This document shows positions 16,228 through 31,649 of a stretch of DNA of 64,000 bases, piece by piece. The stretch comes from Octopus vulgaris. Taxonomy: Eukaryota. The first letter of the stretch is position 1. Each line of letters opens with the position of its first letter. A program made the translations under genes and the position numbers. The notes under the pieces were generated by a model, which had not been told where the DNA came from, did not search any database, and saw only the letters and a program-made list of their open reading frames with translations. The DNA lies in assembly GCA_951406725.2 (NCBI GenBank), contig OX597816.1, positions 73,160,001-73,224,000 of the forward strand, given 5' to 3'.

Positions 16228-16825
16228 AACACATATATATAGATAGGCCGAAAAAATGACTTTAATGTCAACAAAAATATTTGGTATTTGTTTAGTTTCA
16301 TATGTGATAGAATTTACCGAATATCATCTGTGGTTCATAGCACCTATTTTTTCCTTTATTGGGTTCCGTAAATTTTAAAGACTTTGATAGTAAACAACTT
16401 TGGAGTTTGAACACAGAATGTAGTTGTTACTAGATAATTTAAATGTGCAGTATGGCAAACAGCCATCTCGGTTGAGATTTTGTTTCGCTGATACGAATGA
16501 AGATATGTGTCAATTCAATAACATATCTATTTGCTGCATATACAAACTTGTAATTGAATATACATACATATATTTATATATGTATGTATATGTGCGTGTG
16601 TGTATGTGTGTGCGTGTGTTTGTGTATATGTGTTTGTATGTATCTATGTATGTAATTATGTGTATAGATAAATGGGTACTTAGATAAATAAATAGATAGA
16701 TAGTGTTATATATATGTGTGTATGTGTGTGTGTGTGTTTGCGTGTGTATGCGTGCTATTGTTGTTATATGTATACACATACCTACATACGTACCTGCATG
16801 TATATATGCCCACGTACATGTATAC

Positions 16826-16861
<36 letters not shown>

Positions 16862-17054
16862 ACATATCTATACACACATATCGTCACCGTTTCTTGATTT
16901 GGAAAGTGCTTCTGCCTATTCCAATTGTCCAAGTTTGTTCAGCTTTCGCCTTCTTTTAATGTGGCCTCTCAGGTGTCTGTAGTGGCTCAAATCTTATCGA
17001 AAAAAATGATGACATTCTCTCTAAGGATATATATATATATATATATATATATAA

Positions 17055-17145
<91 letters not shown>

Positions 17146-17276
17146 CATATATATACATATATATATGTGTGTACATGTATATATATGAGCCCATGTATAT
17201 ACACATACAAATACATTGGTGTATATTTATATGTGATATATTTGTGTATGTGTGTGTATATGTATGTATATATATT

Positions 17277-17383
<107 letters not shown>

Positions 17384-18334
17384 AATATATACAAATACTA
17401 ACACACACACACAGACACAAATACACACAGACATGTACAAACGCACACAAATATCGGGACTTTTGTACAATTTGAAACCATATCGCTTAGAACGACAGTT
17501 AAGTAAAACCTTCCGGTGGGCAGTTTCTTTCTTTTTTATGCTATTTTTTCAAATTTTATTTTTTGCCCTCTACCATTTTCAGCAAAGCCCTCAAGAAATA
17601 CGTCAACCATCACAAATAAGGTCCGATATATCGAATCTAACCTGTCTGCTTCCATCTATATTACTCGCTAATGTAATCGGAGAAGAAAAATGAATACAAG
17701 CGAAAGAAGATCTGAGGATCGCTCGTTCACAACTTCACCTGAATGCGATGTAAACATTGCCATTTAAGTGGATAAATGTCCGTCCTGTCATCCGACAAGC
17801 GAAAATGGTCAAACAGGTTATCGGGACCACATAGCAGAGACGAGAAAACATGGGACAGGACCACTTCATTCAACAATACATGTGTAATTCAATACAGAAC
17901 AATTTGGAAACATAAATATAAAATAGCAAAACAGAGAAAATAAGAAACGCGTTATCACAAAATCATATCCCCCGCTCCTGGCCACACACACACGAGAACA
18001 CAAATGCATCCATGCAAAGCACACGCTTTCACAGTCATAAATGCATACTTACATGTATATATGTAGGTGTATATAATATATAATAGAACATATAGTATGT
18101 AATATATAACATAATTTATATATCCTTATATAATATACAACAATAATATAACATAATGAAAAGCCAAATTCCTTGAGAAAGATGTAGTTACATTTACAGA
18201 GATGGAATCGAATTTATTTCCTTTACATATCTATCTATATAAGTATATATATATACACGGATGTGTGCGTGCGTATATATATGTGTGTGTATTAAATGTA
18301 TATGTATGTATATGCATATATATATGTCTATATT

Positions 18335-18371
<37 letters not shown>

Positions 18372-18566
18372 ATTTATATATATACTGAATATTCACACAT
18401 ACACACATATATGTATGCATGTATGTGAGTGTGAACGTATGTATGTATCTATCTGTATACATAAAGTTACTTCCGTCTACATAAATTCTCTCAGCCCTCT
18501 GGGATCATAACAGATTTGACACTTTGTCTAAGATACCCCACAGTAGGAATAAACAATATATATATG

Positions 18567-18615
<49 letters not shown>

Positions 18616-18874
18616 TATATATGGATATTGATGTATATGTATGTATTATTATTTTATTCTTTTACTTGTTTCAGTCATTCAACTGCGGCCATGCTGGAGC
18701 ACCGCCTTTGATCGAGCAAATCGACCCCAGGACTTATTCTTTGTAAACCTAGTACTCCTATCTGTCTCTTTTACCGAATCGCTAAGTTTTGGGATCGTAA
18801 ACACACCAGCATCGGTTGTCAAGCCATGTTGTGGGGGACAAACACACACTCACACAAGCATATACACACACATA

Positions 18875-18934
<60 letters not shown>

Positions 18935-18985
18935 AGGAAGGTGCACGTACGCCGCAAAAATATATGTATCAAAAATTTATCTAAA

Positions 18986-19182
18986 AATACAAAGTGGGAC
19001 AAGAACGCAAAACATTCAAATAGACGATACAAAAACGGACGGGTTATTCGAAGCCTCAAAGATTAATCAGCCGAAATTGCGAGGATGATCCGGTTCTTGA
19101 CTGAAGATTAGAGACTTCGGATGACCCGTCCGCTTTTGTATCGTCTATTTGAATGTTTTGCGTTCTTGTCCCATTTTGTATT
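18986..19182. repeat. ~70 bp-arm inverted repeat of a (TA)n-embedded dispersed element (single arms at 25449-25575, 35855-35950, 37260-37350)
   Basis: TACAAAGTGGGACAAGAACGCAAAACATTCAAATAGACGATACAAAA.. pairs with ..TTTTGTATCGTCTATTTGAATGTTTTGCGTTCTTGTCCCATTTTGTA. Confidence 0.85.
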
Positions 19183-19199
19183 ATTATATATATTTTATA

Positions 19200-19320
<121 letters not shown>

Positions 19321-19351
19321 GTGTCTATATTTTATAAGTGTGCATGTGCGT

Positions 19352-19389
<38 letters not shown>

Positions 19390-19928
19390 GTGTGTGTGTA
19401 TTGTATTTTGAAGAACTCTTCTGTAATTTATGACCTTTCTTTGATGTCAGCTTTGGAATGATAACATTTCTAATGTCAACATAGTGAAAGTGTAACAAAG
19501 CCAACAGCGATGCCCCAGCATACCCTTGAGCTGAACTTCTGAGTAAAAGAATACACGAATACAGGTACATCTGGCATGAATGAAACTATAGCGAGAACCA
19601 AGAATTAAGAAATTAAAATATAAATCTGAGAATCAGTAATAACATCATCGCCAATGACTCTTGGAGATTACTAGCAACAAAACAACTTCGTCACGCTAGG
19701 TGGATGACGGGACCGGAAGGGTTTTATGTGGCTATATATATATATCATATATATATAGGTGTGTGTGTATATATACAGATATATGTATATATATTATATA
19801 TATATGTATGTATAAAAATGTACACGCATATACACACATGCATATGTACCTGTATAAACTTAGGTAATTATACATAAATATTAGTATATGGCTATAACTA
19901 TACATATATACATTCACACATATATAGA

Positions 19929-19976
<48 letters not shown>

Positions 19977-20205
19977 ATATATAAATATAAATATATATAG
20001 AGACAATTATATACGGACATATGTATATATACATCTATACACGGTTATACAATACATATATATATATGTGTGTGTGTGCGTGTGTCCGTGTGTGTGTGTG
20101 CATGTGTGTGAGTGTGCTTGTGTGTGTATGCATGTATGCATATACATAAGTGTGTGTGTATGTATACAATCTCATATATATGTATAGGTATATTTATATT
20201 CATGT

Positions 20206-20252
<47 letters not shown>

Positions 20253-20488
20253 ATACGTATGTATATATGTATGTAAGTATATATAAATTTATATATGTAT
20301 GTATGAATGTATAGATAGACAGATAGATAGATAGATATAGCTATTGATATATACGGACATATATATACATGTATACGTAAATGTAGTTGTGTGTGCATTC
20401 TGTATCTCTGTATTCACCCCACCCATATATACACACACATTTGTATGCGCTTATATAAGTGTGAATGTGTATGCACACACTCTAACAT

Positions 20489-20527
<39 letters not shown>

Positions 20528-21527
20528 CATTGGCCTTTCGGTTAGCGTAACCAGTTACAAAACAAAAAAGCGATCGTTTTCTTTTCAGTGAAACACACAC
20601 GGCCACCATTTTATAATGTGCAGGAAAAGTTCACTTCAGTGGCTCTCATGCCTCTTCCCCAAGGACATTAAGCGAGCTTTAAATACTAAAAAAAGAAGAA
20701 GAAATCGCCTTTAAATGAGATTTGAATAGCTAATATAGCAGTAATGAGCAATCTACGACACGTGCAGCCGAAATGTGACACGCGGTAACAAAACTGTGTT
20801 GCCACACGGCTTATCGCTTTAAAATATTAATATACAATTTAAACAGCCTCTGCTACGTGCATGTATTGTGGTAGAACGCTATTTCATATTTATAGGTGTG
20901 CATGTGTTTTTTTTAAATAGCTAAATATTAAAGCCTTACCGTTGAATAATTACGACCTGGACATTGATGCTTCAAGCGTAAGCGAGAAGCTGTGGAAAGG
21001 GTGATCTTAATGTCAACACACGACCTCGGATCAAATTATTTGTCAAAAACAATCGTGACTGAGAAAGAACCATCTAAAAATGAGTGCTTTTCTTTCCTTA
21101 TTTATTATTTATCTTGACCTTCTTTTTCTTTTTCCCTTTCTCCTAAACTCTCTCTTAAATATTTATAATTTATTGCAGATTCTATATTCATATGCAAGGT
21201 ATAATATGTATACGTTTTATATAATATAATATAATATAATATAATATAATATAATATAATATAATATAATATGATATGATATAATATAATATAATATAAT
21301 ATAATATAATATAATATAATATGATATATATATACATATATGTATATTCATACACATGTATATATACACACACTTATATGTCTATATATAAATAAATAAA
21401 CAAGTGTAAACAAGAGACACAGAGAAAGGCAGAAACAAGGAAAATGCCACTTATATTTGAACACTATACAAATATTCCTTTAAAAAAAACTTTTCTTTTA
21501 ATTTTTCTAAATTTAATTATTTAATCG

Positions 21528-21571
21528 TTACAGTTGAAAAGGTCTCAAAATGACCGAAACCGGTACTGAAA
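21528..21571 (+). ncRNA. Minimal type I hammerhead ribozyme-like motif (U3-A8 core variant)
   Basis: TTACAG-TTGAAAA-GGTC tcaaaat GACC-GAAA-CCGG-TA-CTGAAA: stem I, stem II, palindromic ACCGGT stem III, GUA site. Confidence 0.65.
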
Positions 21572-21924
21572 TGTTTTTTATAAAATTATTTTAGCATTTT
21601 CTATCTTGACTTGTTTTTTCATATATATCAACTCGTGTGTTCCTTTTCACCCTTATACATATAAATAAATAAATAAATATATATATAAACTCACATATAT
21701 ATAGGCTTAAGATACACACGTGCACTCACACATATATTTATACATTTATAAAGTTACAAATGAAATATAGAAGAAACAGAAAGCAGTCCATTAGCATAAA
21801 TGTAGAAGTAATGTGATTATTTTAAGATTCTTTAAAAAGAAGCAAGTATTTACTGAACGTTCGAAATCCCAATCAACTTCAACTTTACTTAAGAGCACGC
21901 TATACATGTGTATGTGTGTGTGTG

Positions 21925-21994
<70 letters not shown>

Positions 21995-22047
21995 ATATAT
22001 ATCTATGTGTGTGTGTATATATACATATATATATATGTGTGTGTATG

Positions 22048-22089
<42 letters not shown>

Positions 22090-22539
22090 TATATATATAT
22101 TAGAAGAAATGAGGTATTCAGAAATGCGGATGGTTTTATATTTATTTGTATATTACATGTTTTTATACATCATATATCATATATCATATAATAGCGCTTT
22201 CGTCCATTCTAGTGGAGTTTTCAAACTGAACTAAGTTCTTGGGGAAAATTTGACCATTTTTTTTTGTTTTATTACATAAGCACTTCAAAATTACAGGCGT
22301 TTGAATGTCTTGTTAGAAACGTGTTTACCGTGGGTGTGTTGGTGTGGTTCTTTATATGAATAACTATACATCAACTCTACATTTGTATAAACGAGTGTTA
22401 ATTATGCTACACGTGTAGTGAAGTTTATTTGTACCCGAAACAGTAATAACTGAATGATTTGGCCGCTGCTCGGAATTTTTCGCTACTGACTGGTTTAAGT
22501 TACAGGTGTATATATAATGTAATTGTGCATATGTACGTG

Positions 22540-22589
<50 letters not shown>

Positions 22590-22827
22590 ATTATAGATAA
22601 TATATATATATTCATGTATGTACATATATGTATAGGTATACACATGCATATATATGTATTTGTAAATACACACACACATATACGAATATCTATATACACA
22701 TACAATTATAACGTACATATATATATGCATAGATATACACACCCTCGCACACACACGCACACAAATATATATATATATATATATATACATACATACACAC
22801 ACACACACGCACGCACGCACACACACA

Positions 22828-22868
<41 letters not shown>

Positions 22869-23495
22869 ATATATGAAGATGGTGTCATTACGGCACGTAT
22901 GAATGGTGGGTAATATATAATGACGGTTCAAGATGGCTTTCATAGTTTCGTCTGACCCTTTTTGTAATAGGTTCATATCTGGACTAGCTTAATTTTGCAT
23001 TTCATTCCTTGGGAATTTGAAAAAACAAATTACCAGTAAAGACCCATTTCCCTACATTTGATTTAATTCCCGACCATTGTGGCCCTATATGTGCTTTATA
23101 TAGGAAATCCCTATCAAAAATCTCACCTACCTCATATCTATCTTGTAACCTGACACGAAATTAGAATTTACTATCACTGAGAAAAAATTGACTCCATTAA
23201 TTCATTTCCTTGAATATTGCCTTTGTGTCTGAGTTATAAATTACAATAATCTCATCCCGTCAACATTTGATTAATAATACCTCTCGTTAATGACTAAAAA
23301 TAATGATTCTGCTTAACCATTAGTTAAATAAGCATCGCATATTTTTGAAGAAAACTGGTGTATATAAGCAAATTGATAATCCTTTATATTATTATTATTA
23401 TTATTATTATCATTATTATTATTGTTATTGTTTTGTTATTATTATTATCATTGTTGTTGTTGCTGTTGTTGTTATTATTGTTATTGTTGTTGTTG

Positions 23496-23559
<64 letters not shown>

Positions 23560-23789
23560 CATTGTTATTGCTACTGTAGTTAGTATTAATTCTTCTTCTT
23601 ATTTGTTTGAAGCGTTGGAATAATCGGTTAAACCGGCCTCAGTCTTTACCTATCAGGTGCTTACATTCTCAATTCCAGGATTATATGGCTCTGTGTATCA
23701 TTTCTGTTTCCCAGGAAGTTTTTTTAATTTTTGATAAAAGTGTATATTTCTAAAATAAGCACTAAGTCAAAAATTACGGGCGGGGGTGG

Positions 23790-24622
23790 GGGTGCATTTT
23801 ATATACCGATCAAATCGACCTCGGTTCTTGTTTAGTACATTATCTTATCGACTCAGAAGAAATAAAATGTCAAGTCTACCTTACCGATCTGTGAACGGAG
23901 AATGTAAAGGGGCATAACTAAATAACATTTACTGTTTTATCCGGCACCCTGTTTTATTGGGTACCTTATCATGTCTGTCTCGCCACCGCCTTTCTAACAT
24001 TGATTTCTATCATATACACAAGGACACACGTTTCGGAAGTAGAGCGGGATTTTGTATATTTAAATCGACCTCAATATTTGGCAAACGTCTTACATTGACG
24101 GTCTCAGAAGGGTAAAACATTAAGCCGACCTCGGCGCGGTCTGCATTGGGGTTGGAAAGAACCGCAGCTTTATAATTATAGTTGAGGGATGGGAGCAATT
24201 CGATTACATCGACCTCAGTACTTGACTGGTACTTGCTTTATCGACCTCGAAAGAATGAAAGGCTAACTGTTTTTCGGTGGAATTTGAACTCAGAGCGTAA
24301 AGGTCTTTCAAAGAAATACCGCTAAACATTTTGTCCAGTGCGTTAACGATTCCGCCTGCTCAGCGAGCTCCAACTTTTTTACAATAATATAATGACTGCT
24401 CGCACAATGGACAACGAAAGTGGTTAAGCGGCAGACAAAAATAATTTTTAGTATTTAAATTACGTCCCTTTGCGTACTAAGTTCAAATCTCCGTAGGGTT
24501 CAGCTTTGACTTACATTGTTCACAAATAAAGGAAAGCATGTACCAGTCATATACTGCGGTGAATCTAAACATCCGTGACCCCTAAAACACCTCAAAGTTG
24601 TGCTAGTGCGTCAATATCAAAA

Positions 24623-24659
<37 letters not shown>

Positions 24660-24970
24660 TTAATAATAATAATAATAATAATGGTTTCAAATTTTGGCAT
24701 AGGACCAGCAGTTTTGAAGAGACAGGCAAGTCGGTTTCATCACCCCTGGTACTTATTTCGTTGACTCCCGAAAGGATGAAAGGCAAAGTCGATCTCAGCG
24801 GTATTTGAACTCAAAATGTAAAAATGGACGAATGGGGGAAAACGGTTAGCACTTGATTGGTACTTTATTTTTTCGACCCCAGAAAGATGATAACCAAAGT
24901 AAAGTGTGATTGAACTCAGAACCGAAAGACACAACGCAATGACTGTTGTCACACCATCGTTCTGCAACAC
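23790..24970. mobile_element. Cluster of degenerate Nin-domain SINEs (mostly minus)
   Basis: Same motifs as the 2.7-5 kb cluster, e.g. 24200-24360 and 24685-24830. Confidence 0.7.
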
Positions 24971-25373
24971 CTTATAAAAACCTTATAATAACTCCAGTCT
25001 TTATTTAACAGTAATATTTTCGCTGATGGGTTACCATGTTTTAAACGGAAACAGGTTCATACCAGCAGGCGAATTTCCTCTCAGTATATAATTTGCACTT
25101 CATTGATATGATCATGAATAACAATGTCAAATCATGAAAGTTACACCAATCCTGTGCTCTACTCAAGCTTACCATGCCCAACTATAATTCATCTCATTGG
25201 ATTATATTCATAAAACGTTGTTTCAATGGGAAGAGATGACTCTCAACTCAGTCGCAACTAAAAGCAAATAATAACAGCCTGAATCTCCTTCAAAGCACAC
25301 ACCTTTCCTACAGCTGGAGGCATTCAGCAACGTAGCTATACATACATACATATATATATATATGTATATATAT

Positions 25374-25452
<79 letters not shown>

Positions 25453-25715
25453 CCGAAATTACTACGATGATCCGGTTCTTGACTGAAGACTGAGGGTTTC
25501 GAATGTCCTGTCCGTGTTTATTGTATCGTCTTCTAAGAGTTATACGTTCTTGTCCATGTTGTATTTTTCTACATACCTTAATATATATATATAAACGTAT
25601 ATATATGTATGAATGTATATATGCATGTATGTATGCATGTATGTATGTGGGGTGGTATGGTTAAGCATCTTAGAAATTAAAGAACTCAAATTGCTTACTC
25701 AGAGTATCAATGCTT

Positions 25716-25792
<77 letters not shown>

Positions 25793-25793
25793 C

Positions 25794-25858
<65 letters not shown>

Positions 25859-25909
25859 CATACGTATATAGACATATATATACATGCATATATATATATA
25901 TATATCTAC

Positions 25910-26002
<93 letters not shown>

Positions 26003-26271
26003 AGTATGTATGTATATATATAGATAAATATAGTGTGAGCTAAAGACCAAGCACAAAATAAGTTCAAAATGCTCCGGAATTGTCAAAGGCATGCTACAAT
26101 TCTTCTAAAGTTGAACAAATTAAATAGATTAACTTGAAGACAATGAAGAAAAAGAAATGATAACAAGATAAATGAAATATCTAATACTTTCGGGCGTAAC
26201 TTTTGGCTCACTCTATATAATACATATATGTATATATATGTGTGCTGTGTATATGTATGTATGTATCTATC

Positions 26272-26313
<42 letters not shown>

Positions 26314-26355
26314 AATATATATATGTATATATATATATATGTATATATGTATATG

Positions 26356-26405
<50 letters not shown>

Positions 26406-26462
26406 CATATATATATATATATGTATTTATTTATTATATAGAAGGAACTTCTACAGGACTAG

Positions 26463-26490
26463 TACTGTTTCATTCAAGAGAAATCTTCAG
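26463..26490 (-). ncRNA. Possible minimal hammerhead core
   Basis: Minus: CTGAAGA-TTTC tctt GAAT-GAAA-CAG-TA; stem I not evident. Confidence 0.35.
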
Positions 26491-26510
26491 GAAATGTATA
26501 TGTATGTACA

Positions 26511-26567
<57 letters not shown>

Positions 26568-26704
26568 GTATATGTATGTACATATATATATATATATATA
26601 TATGCGTATATATATATATGAGTGTTTGTAAACACATGACTTTATATATATATTGCTATTTCCACCTCTATCTTTATTATATATAAAAATTTGATTGGTA
26701 TAGG

Positions 26705-26786
<82 letters not shown>

Positions 26787-26787
26787 T

Positions 26788-26837
<50 letters not shown>

Positions 26838-27349
26838 CAGATAGACAGACACGCACACACGCTCTCTCTAACAAGCGCACACAAAAAAACATATACACGC
26901 AGAGAGAAAGGTCCTGTTTCTGACGGACATATTGGATAATGTTAAGTCCCAGATAACACCCTTTTTTTCTTTTTCTTCTTTCACATGTTCTGAGAAAGAG
27001 AACTATTGAGGCATTGACAACATGATCACAGCTGGAAAGACCCTTAATGGTCGGGTCTCATGTTTTTACAAGATCGAACACTCACCGCTTTAGACGGTGA
27101 TATTGGTGAGGGTGGTGGCGGCGGTGGCGGAGCAATGGGGAAGAGGTGGGTTTTGTAGCGATAAACAAAAACAAAACAAAAAAAAAACAATATCAATATT
27201 ATCAGCAACAATTATAATTAGGACGACAACAACAAATACAATTTCAGCAACATTGAATAACGAATACAATTAATACAACGTTAATGAAGAGATAAATAAA
27301 TTAAGACATAAAATTAATTTTTCTATATATACATATATATACATGTATG

Positions 27350-27405
<56 letters not shown>

Positions 27406-27408
27406 CAT

Positions 27409-27544
<136 letters not shown>

Positions 27545-27770
27545 CATACATACATAAATGTATTCATTTACAGATAACTTTATACACATATATATATATA
27601 TGCATATATATATGTATATATTCATAAATGTATACATACATTCATATGTATATGTATTATATGTATGTATATATATGTGTATATATGGATATGTATGTAT
27701 TATATATATATATGTATATATAAACATATATATATATTACATATATATATATATGTGTACGTATATATAC

Positions 27771-27866
<96 letters not shown>

Positions 27867-28072
27867 GTGTAAACTGTAAAACAGAACAAAATAACAAAGA
27901 ATGGAAACTTAGAAGAATAAAAACATTTGATTCTTATTTTTTTTTCTCCCATTTCTTTTTGAATTTTGGAGTACATCTCGTGTTTTTCTTTTCTGAAATA
28001 TTTCATATATTTATATACATTTTTTTTTTTTCAATTTAAAAATTATTATTATTATTTTTTTTTTAATATTTC

Positions 28073-28080
28073 ACTCACCT
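28073..28080 (-). other. 5' splice donor AG|GTGAGT
   Basis: Consensus donor immediately before the ORF stop, followed by AT-rich intronic sequence. Confidence 0.8.
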
Positions 28081-29030
28081 TCTTTTTGGAAAGACGCTAA
28101 GTGATCAATGTGTGACATATCGGTATCATCCACTGGCAGCAATTTCCCCACCACTTTGTTCGTGTCCAGGGTGTCCCTAGCTGCAAATGCATGTTTGACC
28201 AGGACATTTTCCGGAGAAGGTTGTTCACCCCCAAAAACAACGGAGGAATATTCTACCGGATGTTGATGTGTTGCCGTAAGATGTAAGTGATGAGCTAAAC
28301 TTGTGTATTTGTCTATACCAATCGGGATATTGTCACTGTTGGTGTTGTTGTTGTTGTTGCTATGACTACTACTATTACTACTACTACTACTATGACTACT
28401 ATTGCTGTTACTGTCATTGATGTTATTAATACTACTACTGCTACTACTACTATTATTATTGTTGTTGCTGTTGGTGTGATGATGGCTGTTGTGATGGTGG
28501 TGATGGTGATGATGGTGATGGTGGTGTGCTTTCGGTGTTCTGATTGTACTGTTGTTGTTGCTGTTGTTGTTATTATTGTTTCCGGTGTTGTTGTTGCTGC
28601 TGTTGTTGTTGTTCCCGTTGTTGTTACTGCTGTTGTTGCCGTTGTTGTTGTTGTTGCTATTCAGCGACGAACCGCTAGTATTTCCGGACAAAATGTCTGA
28701 TATTAAGAAAGATGGTCGCGTGACGGCCGGGTAGCTGGTCACCATGGTTGCAGCCGGAGTGACAGCAGCGGCGATAGCGGCGGCGGCTGTGGTGGCGGAT
28801 GAGCCGAAAGAATGCGAGTGAAAATGGGACAACGAGAGGGGAGAGGGGGAAGAAGAGGAAACAGAAGAAGAGGAGATGGCGGCGGAGAGGGTGGCGGCTG
28901 TGGTGGTGGTGGTGGTGGTGATGGTGGTAGCGGTGGCGTTCGGGGTGGAGAAGGAGGAGAACGCGGGAAATGCTGCTGAGGAGGCACTTGCAGCCGCTGC
29001 GGCCGCGACAGCAGTAGCACTTGCTGCTGC

Positions 29031-29065
<35 letters not shown>

Positions 29066-30868
29066 TAGGCGTCGTCGTCGTCGTCGTGGTTGTAATAGTG
29101 GTGACGATGGAGGAGGTGGTGGTGGCGGCGGCGGCGGATGGAGGCAGGGACGAGAAAGGCGAAGAGGACGGGGTAGGAGGAGTAGAAGAAGAAGGAGGAG
29201 GAGGAGGAGGAGGAGAGAAAGAGAACGACGTGCCGACTGTCGCCGATGTAGCTTTGTCGGCGCTCAGCGTGGTAGACGAAGCGAAAGGTACCGTGGTCGG
29301 CCTACTACTGGTGAAAGCCATACTACTGATCACACTACCACTGCTACCACTGCCACTACTACTACTACCACCACTACCACTACCACTACTACTACTGCAA
29401 CCACTGCTGCTTTTGTTATTGCCGCTGCCTCTCTCGTTACCACTACTCATACTTCCACTCCTATGGCGACTCCTGCTGCTACCGTTCTTGTTGTTGCTGC
29501 TACCACAGTTGTCGATATAACTATTACCACTACCACTGACACCGCCGCCGCCGCCAATGCCAACGACAGCAGCGCCTCCTTCGTCACAACCGTCACTCCC
29601 ACTAATACCCTTGAAACTACCTCCATCACCAACACCACTACCACCACTACCACTACCACCAGTAATAGTACGACTCTCATAGCTACCACCCCAGCCAACG
29701 TCCCCACCGTCACTATCACAACAACCAACTACACCATTGCTACTGCAACAATTCCTACTACTACTACTACCACCACCGACACCACCGCCGCTACCGTCAC
29801 CACCACTATGATCGTCTCTCATACCGCCACTCCCCCTGCTACCTTCATCGCCGATGTCGTGATCGTCGTCGCTGTCATTGCCTCTGCATCTGCCGCCGCT
29901 GCCCCCTCCGCCGCCGCCACTACCATCGCCCCCGCCCCCACCCCCGCCCCCACCCCCGTCGCCGCCGCTGCTGCTGCTGATATTGTTGACGCTCATTAAC
30001 AACGACGAGAACGAAGAGGGGGGAGAGGAGGAGGAGGAGGAGGAAGAAGAAGAAGAAGAGGAGATGACAGGGTTGGAAGAAGGAGACGGCATAAACGTGG
30101 AGGCACAGGAGGCTGAGGAGGAGGAGGAGGCTGGGAATGATAGGAAGGCGGAGCAAGAAGACGAAGAAGAAGAAGAAGAAGATGAAGTCAACGTGCAACT
30201 GTTTGGTGCTGTTCTCTTATTTTTCACGCTATGTTTGTAGCTGTTATTATGATAATGATTATTGTACTTGCTATTGTTGTTGTTGTTGTTGTTGTTGCTG
30301 TTGTTGTTGGTACCGCTACTATTGTTATCATTGCTGTTGTTGTTGTTATTGTACCTATGTCCAATGTCCGTTAAGATAGACGTATCCATGTTGGAAATCT
30401 CTTGTTGTTGACGTCTTTGATTAACACCAGTAGTAACCATAATAATGTCGACGTCGTCGCTTTCATTAGTACAACTATCGTTAATATTAGTAATATTATT
30501 ATTGGCGTTAACATGGCTGCCTGATGATGTTGTTATTGCTGTGGACGACGTCGTTGTTGTAGACGACGGTAATGCCAGAGTTATCATCGGTCCCGATTTT
30601 GCATTTGTTGTCATTCCTGTTGTCACCGACGCTCTCATTCCCGTCGATGTTGTTGTTGTTGTTGCTGATGTTGTGGTTATCGTTACTGCTGCTGCTGTTG
30701 TTCTTGTTGTTGTTGTTGTTGACGACTCTATAGTTGCTCCTGTATCCGCAACGGCAATGTTGCCATATTTACTTCCCGTGGCACTTGAAATGGCGGCGGG
30801 GGAAGATTTGCAGCAAATACTATTTTTCTTATTATTATTCTTGTTGCCGTAGATATTGTTGCTTCTGC

Positions 30869-30920
<52 letters not shown>

Positions 30921-30970
30921 TTTGCTGCTGTTGTTCACTGCCGCAATATAACAACAACAACTACCACTTC

Positions 30971-31007
<37 letters not shown>

Positions 31008-31602
31008 GGCGGGGTTACAACTGCAGCTCTCCCGATTATCGCTGTTGGTCGTACAACCGCGGTCGTTGTTGCTGCTGTTGGGTTCGCTGCTGGTAATACC
31101 ACAGCTGTTGTTGTTGTTGTTGTTGTTACTGGTACTAGGAACTATGGGACTATCCTTGTCCATCCGAGAGACCCCCGCTGCACCATACTGCTGAATGCGA
31201 TGATGGTGCTGAGGAAGTTGTTGCTGTTGTTGTTGTAGTTCGTGTTTGCTTTGTTGACGATAGTATTGCTGTTGTTGTTGATGTTGTTGTTTTTGTTTTT
31301 GAGGTTTGTGACGTAACAGAAGTAGTGGCTGTTGTTGTTGTTGTTGTTGTTGTTGTGGCGGTGGTGGCAGTGGCGGTGACAGCGGTGGCGGTAGAGGCGG
31401 TGGTGGCGGCGGTGGTTGTGTCGGTGGTTGTGGAGGTGAGATCTGTCGTAGCTTCGGTTTCCGTTGTTGTTGCTGCTGCTGCTGTTGTTGTTGTTGTTGT
31501 TGTTGTTGTGGCAAATATTGCTGACGCTGCTGATAGTGGTTTTCGTGGGGGTGATTGTGGTGGTGGTGGTGGTGATGATGATGATGATGCTGATGATGGC
31601 GC

Positions 31603-31649
<47 letters not shown>

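Noticed and set aside
17465-17490. IWFQ on the minus strand, resembling homeodomain helix 3
   Set aside because: Followed by I rather than N and preceded by an in-frame stop two codons upstream of the I.
28689-28709. Assigning a gene symbol (engrailed or BarH)
   Set aside because: eh1 occurs in many TF families, and without the DNA-binding domain a symbol is not supportable.
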